Made by a program: the position numbers and the translations under genes. A DNA stretch of 22,297 nt from Chthoniobacteraceae bacterium (GTDB lineage Bacteria > Verrucomicrobiota > Verrucomicrobiia > Chthoniobacterales > Chthoniobacteraceae), in contig JBBCKI010000038.1 of NCBI GenBank assembly GCA_037190965.1, positions 1 through 22,297 on the forward strand, written 5' to 3'. The stretch's first letter is position 1. Every line of letters begins with the position of its first letter. Positions 16,721 through 22,297 of this stretch are shown here, piece after piece. The notes below the pieces were generated by a model, which had not been told where the DNA came from, did not search any database, and saw only the letters and a program-made list of their open reading frames with translations.

Positions 16721-17827
16721 ATGAGCGCTCGAAACGGCCCGGATCGAGGACGAAGGGCTATCTACTATTGGAAATGCGATCGCCCATCGGCGTTTGACCA
16801 CGTAACGCCACGGAATAGCCCTGGCGAGATCCTTTCCCTGCTTGGGAAATGGTTGGAACCGACATTCCCGGGGCATGCTCTCGCCCCTGCGGGTGGACAA
16901 GGCAATCACAAGACATTTCTTCTGCATCACGATGAAACAACCCACTTTGTCCGCATGGAGGATAGCCTCGACGGAGACGGACATCTGGCCGTTGAATCCT
17001 CCGTTCTTCAGCAAGTTGCGCAAAGTGGCGTCAGGGTGCCGGAGGTACGATTGGTGGACGCCTCGCGAAAGAAGCTCCCGTTTGCGGTTCAGGTCATCGA
17101 ACATTTTCCGATCCCTGATCTTAACACCTGGCATAAAATGGGCGGCCTCGACCTTCTTGGCGTTGCGAGGCAGATCGGCGAAGCCATAGGACACTGGCAA
17201 CGCACGCCCATTTCCAATTTTGGGCATTTCCAGCCCGAAGCTGCTACCGGAAAACCCGCACGACTCGTTGGGTTCTATGATGATTATGTCTCCTACTTCC
17301 ACCTCAATCTGGAGACTCACCTCGGCATCCTGCGTGATGGAGGCTTCTTATCCCTTCGGGAGACGCACGACATCGGGCACCTGATCGACCGGCATGAAGG
17401 CCTGCTTCGGTTGACCACCCGGCCCACACTGGTTCACAAAGACCTCGCCCTCTGGAATATCCTGGGAGAACCGAACCGTTGCCACGTTTTCATCGATTGG
17501 GACGATGCCGTCGGAGGCGATCCGCTGGATGATCTCTCGTTGATCGCCTGCTTTCACCCAGGCCCGGTCGTTGAGATGACGCTTGAAGGGTATCGCACCG
17601 TAGCGGCCCTTCCGCAAGAGCATGAGGCCCGATTCTGGCTTCACTTGTTACGCAACATGATCGTCAAGTCCGTCATTCGCCTCAAAGGCGGCTACTTTGA
17701 CCGGAACGATACCTTCTTTCTGATCCCACATGGAGAATCGGGAAGTAATTTCAGAGTGACCACGCGGGAGCGCCTCATGAAAGCGGCGGACGGATTACGC
17801 CATGGCAAGAAAATCAGTTCCTTATGA
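16721..17827 (+). CDS. Aminoglycoside-phosphotransferase/choline-kinase-fold small-molecule kinase
   Basis: Brenner motif LVHKDLALWNIL, IDWDDAVGGDPLDDL and a glycine-rich GGQGNH loop. Confidence 0.85.
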   Translation: MSARNGPDRGRRAIYYWKCDRPSAFDHVTPRNSPGEILSLLGKWLEPTFPGHALAPAGGQGNHKTFLLHHDETTHFVRMEDSLDGDGHLAVESSVLQQVAQSGVRVPEVRLVDASRKKLPFAVQVIEHFPIPDLNTWHKMGGLDLLGVARQIGEAIGHWQRTPISNFGHFQPEAATGKPARLVGFYDDYVSYFHLNLETHLGILRDGGFLSLRETHDIGHLIDRHEGLLRLTTRPTLVHKDLALWNILGEPNRCHVFIDWDDAVGGDPLDDLSLIACFHPGPVVEMTLEGYRTVAALPQEHEARFWLHLLRNMIVKSVIRLKGGYFDRNDTFFLIPHGESGSNFRVTTRERLMKAADGLRHGKKISSL

Positions 17828-18582
17828 AACATCGCTTCTGTACCGAAATTATCAGCCGGGGAACTTTCCTTTCTCTCGGTTCCCCGTGGATCGCCGACAT
17901 GGCCAGTCAATCCGGCTTCGACTGGGTGCTTATTGATTGCGAACACGGCCTTTTCACTGAAGCCACCTTGCAAGCCACCCTGTTGACGCTACGTTCCAGC
18001 CGTACGCTTGCCATTGTCCGGGTGGCCTCCCCGGATGATACCCACGCCATTGCTCGTGCCCTCGATTGGGGCGCCGATGGAGTAATGATTCCCCAGATCG
18101 AAACCGCGGAACAAGCCCGGCGGGCCATTTCAGCCGCCCGGCATCTACCCGATGGCAATCGGGGCTATTCCCGTTCCGTCCCGAGGTTCATCTATGGATT
18201 GCAAACCTCGGAAGAAACTGCGCCTCCCATCGTCATGCTGCAGATTGAGACTCTCGGAGCGGCCATGGAGATTGACGCCATTGCAGCGATTGAGGGCGGC
18301 GATGTCCTTTTCATTGGACCTGCGGACATGCAACGAGCCCTGCGCTATTCCACCGGAAACGTAAACCTCGTTTACGAAGACATTCTCCGAAAGGTGACTC
18401 ATGCAGCCGCGACTCTTCACAAAAAGACGGGCATCCTGATCCGCGATCCCGATAGCGTGACCGATCTTCGATCCCTTGGTTTCACCGTCCTTGCAATCCA
18501 CTCGGACACAAACCTTCTTCGCGATGCCTTTGCCGATTCGTTCAAAACTCTAAGCCAAAGTGGCGATGGATCGGTTCATTAG
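17824..18582 (+). CDS. HpcH/HpaI-family class II pyruvate aldolase (2-keto-3-deoxy sugar-acid aldolase-like)
   Basis: GFDWVLIDCEHG, IVRV, ALDWGADGVMIP, GNRG, QIET and FIGPAD; ATGA overlap with the kinase gene. Confidence 0.92.
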   Translation: MKHRFCTEIISRGTFLSLGSPWIADMASQSGFDWVLIDCEHGLFTEATLQATLLTLRSSRTLAIVRVASPDDTHAIARALDWGADGVMIPQIETAEQARRAISAARHLPDGNRGYSRSVPRFIYGLQTSEETAPPIVMLQIETLGAAMEIDAIAAIEGGDVLFIGPADMQRALRYSTGNVNLVYEDILRKVTHAAATLHKKTGILIRDPDSVTDLRSLGFTVLAIHSDTNLLRDAFADSFKTLSQSGDGSVH

Positions 18583-18720
18583 TAAATCGATACTATCCAT
18601 TTTGATCTTCGAGGAAGAAATCAAGGGCGATATCTGAAGACACCGCCTTGTGAGCCGAAGATAGAATCGAAAATGAGGCCGAGGTTATGGCACGAACTTA
18701 CCTCTGCCCACACCATCTCC

Positions 18721-18749
18721 CCTCCCGCAATCCTCCCGCAATCCTCCCG
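18721..18749. repeat. Short tandem repeat, 11-bp unit x2.6
   Basis: CCTCCCGCAAT CCTCCCGCAAT CCTCCCG. Confidence 0.85.
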
Positions 18750-18763
18750 GCATCTGAACGGGC

Positions 18764-19036
18764 TGAAGCGGGCACTCCGAAGCGCGTCGCCGGCACAGGA
18801 TTAAACAGCAATGTCTGCCAAGGAGGCCTGGATTTCACACCAGTGGGCAGCGAGCCGAGAATGCCTGCGGAAGGCACTTGCCTGCTGGGAGATGAGAAGG
18901 CTTCACCTGCATTGGAATATTTGAAAGAGGCACCCAATTCGGAGATATATGAGTAATCGCCGGACACTGTCGAATTCACCCCCATACCGTCATCGGCCTC
19001 GTTGATGAACGGCCCCTTCCACCCTGCACCCGCACC
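18764..19036 (-). pseudogene. Internal fragment of Verru_Chthon cassette protein A
   Basis: GPFINEADDG...FSSPSRQVPSAGILGSLPTGVKSRPPWQTLLFNP resembles the conserved GPYINKPDEG...SPNRQ.PS...FGSLPTG.....PW.TLLFRP block that I recall from the large cassette A proteins. Only about 90 aa are present. Confidence 0.75.
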
Positions 19037-19119
19037 GTAATGCATGGCTGGAAGCAACCGCTTCACTCCTCGGATGATATGCGAAGCATTGACTATGCCC
19101 ACTATCAACGAATGAGGCT

Positions 19120-20196
19120 TTACATGTTCTGGCGGTATTCGAGCAGCACGCCCAAGGCGGCGGTGCCGGGAGTTTCCAGCAGGTCGTAGGCTTTGTGAGC
19201 GTCAGTGAACGAGAAACGATGGGTGATCAAGCGATCAAGATCGCCCAACTGCTTGTTGCGGATCAGGGAGAGGAGCGTCTCGACGTTCCGCCGGACGGTC
19301 TTTGGAACATACGCCGCAGGATAGTCTCCGCCCGCTTCATACACGGGGTCACGATATCCCGGCCCCGCCTTGGCTGAACTGATCAACTGGATATTGCCCA
19401 TATTGGATGCCATCAAGACCGTCAGCCGGGCACCGCCAGGGAAAATAATGCGGCCGTGGGGGACTCCATCCGGCGAACGACTCATCAATGGCTTGATCAG
19501 TTCCACCGATTCCGTGGCATCACCGCCGAAGCAGACGCTGACAATCTCGATGCCATACGGGCGAGTCGATTTGGCCAGCCCCTCCCAACCCTCTTCCGTC
19601 GTCGGGTAGCCTTCGATCCCCGGCGGCAGGAGTTCCAACCGGTTGAGGTTGGAATCAAGGACCGCAACGTGGCAACCGCTGAGCTGAAAAAGACGCGCCG
19701 TGATTTGCCCCATCATCCCCGCGCCGAGGACCGCCACGTTATCGCCGATGCGCGAGCCCGCCTTGTAAACACCTTCCAGCGCAAAGCAGAGCATCGCCAT
19801 CATGGACGCCTCCTCGGGGCTCACCGATTCCGGCACCGGCAGGACCAGGTTTTTCGCCACCACGGTTCTGTTGGCATGATAAGCCCCCGCGCCGATGGCA
19901 ACCACCTTGTCTCCCGGGTGAAGCCCCTCCACGAGGCGTCCCGTGCGGCAGACGATCCCGGACTGACTGTAACCCAACGGAGCAGAGAGGGTTTCCTCGG
20001 GGGTCTGCTTGAGGTGATAGCGAATGGTGGTGAGTTCCGTTCCCGCGCTGATGAAGCTGAACTGAGGCGCGATCTCCACCTCATGATCGCCGAGAGATTT
20101 GAGCGCCTTGCGCGAGATCCTGACGCCATTACCCGCAACCGCCTCCAGGCGTGAAATGGCGTTATCTGTCGGTGGGGTAACTGGCGCGTATTGCAT
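19120..20196 (-). CDS. Medium-chain dehydrogenase/reductase (zinc-binding ADH-like fold)
   Basis: ISAGTE, PLGYSQSG.V...G..V.GL.PGDKV, Rossmann VAVLGAGMMG and LITHRFSF. The canonical catalytic-Zn GHE motif is replaced by GYS. Confidence 0.88.
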   Translation of the reverse strand: MQYAPVTPPTDNAISRLEAVAGNGVRISRKALKSLGDHEVEIAPQFSFISAGTELTTIRYHLKQTPEETLSAPLGYSQSGIVCRTGRLVEGLHPGDKVVAIGAGAYHANRTVVAKNLVLPVPESVSPEEASMMAMLCFALEGVYKAGSRIGDNVAVLGAGMMGQITARLFQLSGCHVAVLDSNLNRLELLPPGIEGYPTTEEGWEGLAKSTRPYGIEIVSVCFGGDATESVELIKPLMSRSPDGVPHGRIIFPGGARLTVLMASNMGNIQLISSAKAGPGYRDPVYEAGGDYPAAYVPKTVRRNVETLLSLIRNKQLGDLDRLITHRFSFTDAHKAYDLLETPGTAALGVLLEYRQNM

Positions 20197-20228
20197 AGGC
20201 TGAATCGGATAATCAATGGGACTTCTTC

Positions 20229-22297
20229 TTATGGCTCCGGCGTTAGCGTGGCCTCTCCGGGCCGAAACGAGATGGGCATACGAGGCCCGAAAGGAGCAGT
20301 GATTTGAACCTCGGCAGTGGTGCGGAGGAAATAGCTTCCATCCTCACGCGCAGTAATGCTTGCCGTGACAGGCATGATAACCCGATCGCCCGCTTTAGCC
20401 ACGACGACACGGAGCTGCCCGCCGGGCTGGATGCCATCCGTCCCGGTGATTTCGAATACCTTCCTGGTGTGGTCTTTAATCACCGCGAGCGCTTTGTCGG
20501 AATCGGAATGAACGGCGCGTCCTTGTAAATAATGGACACCCTGCATTCCGGCGTTTTCACTCGGCCACCGGCTTTCGATCGTCCGAGCCTCGGCATCGAT
20601 CTTTTCGATCTGAAAACGCGTCATCACCAGCGATTGCTTTTTAAAGATGAGAACGCTTTCGCCAGTCCGCGCTCCCTTCGCCACCTCTTCCACAGCATAA
20701 TATTCGTCATGGGTGTAGGGGATCTCCGCATCGGCAGCCCCCCGGATCAACAGCGTCGCGCCCGCCAGGGCTGTCCCTTCGGGAAGGTCGCCCTCAATAA
20801 CGATCTCCCCGCCTTCCTCAGCCGGGTTGACCGAAAGAATTCGCGCCTCAAACCGAGGCTGGGTTGCCTCGATTTTCCAACTTGCAGCCTCCAGCAAGGT
20901 CGACTCCGACATCATCATGTGCCAGATCTTCCCGTCCGCATCCACGCGGACAAAACCATTCCGCCCGGTCAATTTCATGGCGGGGTTGCGCAAGGATTGA
21001 TCGATCCGGCTGCTAATCAGATAGTCGGTTTTCCCATTCTGCAGGCGCACCTCGACTCCCGCGGCGCTCCTGGCCTCCTGCGACGCATCGAGAGGTAGTG
21101 GAGCGACTTTGGAAATCGCCCATTCGTTCGGGGCTCCCACTTCGATGACATTCACAAAACGGCTTGTCAGGGGGGAAGAATTGTCAGCCGTACGGCTCCG
21201 CCGGGCCACGACAACGTTGAAGTGGTTATCGGTGAATAGACTCGGCGAGCGACCGGTGATCGCCGTCAACCCATCGTAATTCAAAAAGCTCGCGCGCAGG
21301 AAGTGCTGACGATCCTGCAGCTTCCAAACCGCCTGCCAATGATCGGCCGTCTCCGCTGACCTGACATCCCAGATCATGCCATAACCATTGCCGGGAGCCA
21401 CCGGCGGCTTCTTTTGGCCCGAAAGAATATCCTTGTTACGCTCTTTGGGAAGGGGCCGGATCACCCCGGCCTTACCATCCAAACGCTCGCCCCAGCTCTT
21501 TTTGGGGGCATTCCAGTAGGCAGACTGAAAACTCCCCGACACACTGGCGAGTGTCCAGACACCCTCCCGAGCAACCGGTGTGACACCGTTGATCGAGAAA
21601 GCCTCTTTGTCGGAAGCTTCGCCGTACGGCGCGTTCCACGGATAGTCATGCGTTTCGCCTCCGGCGATCTGGAAGACGTCGACGAAATAATACTGTGCTT
21701 CGTCCACGTCGATCAGCCACGCCGTTCGGCGATAGTCTTCCATGGGGACACCGGTCGTCTTTGCCCAGAGATCGGGGTTACGCATTTCAACGAACTGCGC
21801 AGGTACGGATGACACAAAGCCGGTCACACTGCCCGCCGGGGCATCGGGAGCTTTGCGGAAACCTTTGTACAAGTATGAACCCGGCAAGTCTTCATTAACC
21901 GTCGCTGTAAGATGGCTGATCGCCCGCGATCCCCAACCGAGGTGATCGGGAGTCTCCGAGGAAGCATAGCCATAGACCCCCGCGAGGACCATGCCGTGCC
22001 CGTAAGGGACGATGGCCATTTGATCGTCATGTCCATGCGGACCGTTGCCTCCTCCCCGCATGAAGAGCGCGCGGCGGCGCTCCCCTTCCCCACTCCGCAG
22101 GATGGCAATCGCCTTGCCTCCCATCAGTTCGGAAACCTCCGGGGCTTTCGCCACAGGCACATCCGCTTCAACAGGCTCGCCGAGATCCGCCCACTGACTG
22201 ATTCCGAAGAGTAGCAGATCCTCGATCTCCACGCGGCTTGCCTTATTCTCCGGCAGCGCCCGGTAAAGCTCTTCAATCTCGCGTTTCCATTCGGCGC
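20229..22297 (-). CDS. Heparinase II/III-like (oligosaccharide/polysaccharide lyase-like) large protein, 5'-partial
   Basis: PHGHDDQM, SHLTATVNE and YRRTAWLI....YFVDVFQIAGG.THDY motifs. The frame stays open upstream of 22232 to the window edge (AEWKREIEELYRALPENKASRV). Confidence 0.75.
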   Translation of the reverse strand, partial: AEWKREIEELYRALPENKASRVEIEDLLLFGISQWADLGEPVEADVPVAKAPEVSELMGGKAIAILRSGEGERRRALFMRGGGNGPHGHDDQMAIVPYGHGMVLAGVYGYASSETPDHLGWGSRAISHLTATVNEDLPGSYLYKGFRKAPDAPAGSVTGFVSSVPAQFVEMRNPDLWAKTTGVPMEDYRRTAWLIDVDEAQYYFVDVFQIAGGETHDYPWNAPYGEASDKEAFSINGVTPVAREGVWTLASVSGSFQSAYWNAPKKSWGERLDGKAGVIRPLPKERNKDILSGQKKPPVAPGNGYGMIWDVRSAETADHWQAVWKLQDRQHFLRASFLNYDGLTAITGRSPSLFTDNHFNVVVARRSRTADNSSPLTSRFVNVIEVGAPNEWAISKVAPLPLDASQEARSAAGVEVRLQNGKTDYLISSRIDQSLRNPAMKLTGRNGFVRVDADGKIWHMMMSESTLLEAASWKIEATQPRFEARILSVNPAEEGGEIVIEGDLPEGTALAGATLLIRGAADAEIPYTHDEYYAVEEVAKGARTGESVLIFKKQSLVMTRFQIEKIDAEARTIESRWPSENAGMQGVHYLQGRAVHSDSDKALAVIKDHTRKVFEITGTDGIQPGGQLRVVVAKAGDRVIMPVTASITAREDGSYFLRTTAEVQITAPFGPRMPISFRPGEATLTPEP

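Noticed and set aside
16721..17827. Aminoglycoside resistance gene
   Set aside because: Only the APH/choline-kinase fold is supported, and the operon context (aldolase, sialidase-like) points to metabolism.
19456..21098. Plus-strand ORFs 19456..20154 and 20532..21098
   Set aside because: Antisense shadows of the MDR and heparinase-like genes.

Overview
Gene-dense, GC-rich bacterial window, very likely from a Verrucomicrobiota genome (Chthoniobacter/Verrucomicrobium-like), inferred from Verru_Chthon pilin-like cassette genes. From left to right: cassette genes C (partial) and B on the minus strand; a roughly 920-bp intergenic region with two sigma70-like promoters and several hairpins; a tightly coupled pair of SF1 helicases (Dna2/Upf1-like, plus a UvrD-like helicase with a degenerate NERD-like N-terminus); a formylglycine-generating enzyme; a nitroreductase/LysR/glyoxalase module with an internally deleted NmrA-like gene; divergent M81 (MlrC-like) and M20 metallo-amidohydrolases; an unusual FCD-AraC fusion regulator; a probable glycan-catabolic locus (CE4 deacetylase, BNR sialidase-like protein, APH-family kinase, HpcH aldolase, MDR dehydrogenase, heparinase II/III-like protein) with a duplicated upstream element; and an orphan fragment of Verru_Chthon protein A. 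The best candidates for undescribed biology are the two-helicase module and the FCD-AraC regulon. No tRNA, rRNA, CRISPR array, integrase or transposase was seen. All family assignments come from motif recognition by eye, not database searches.
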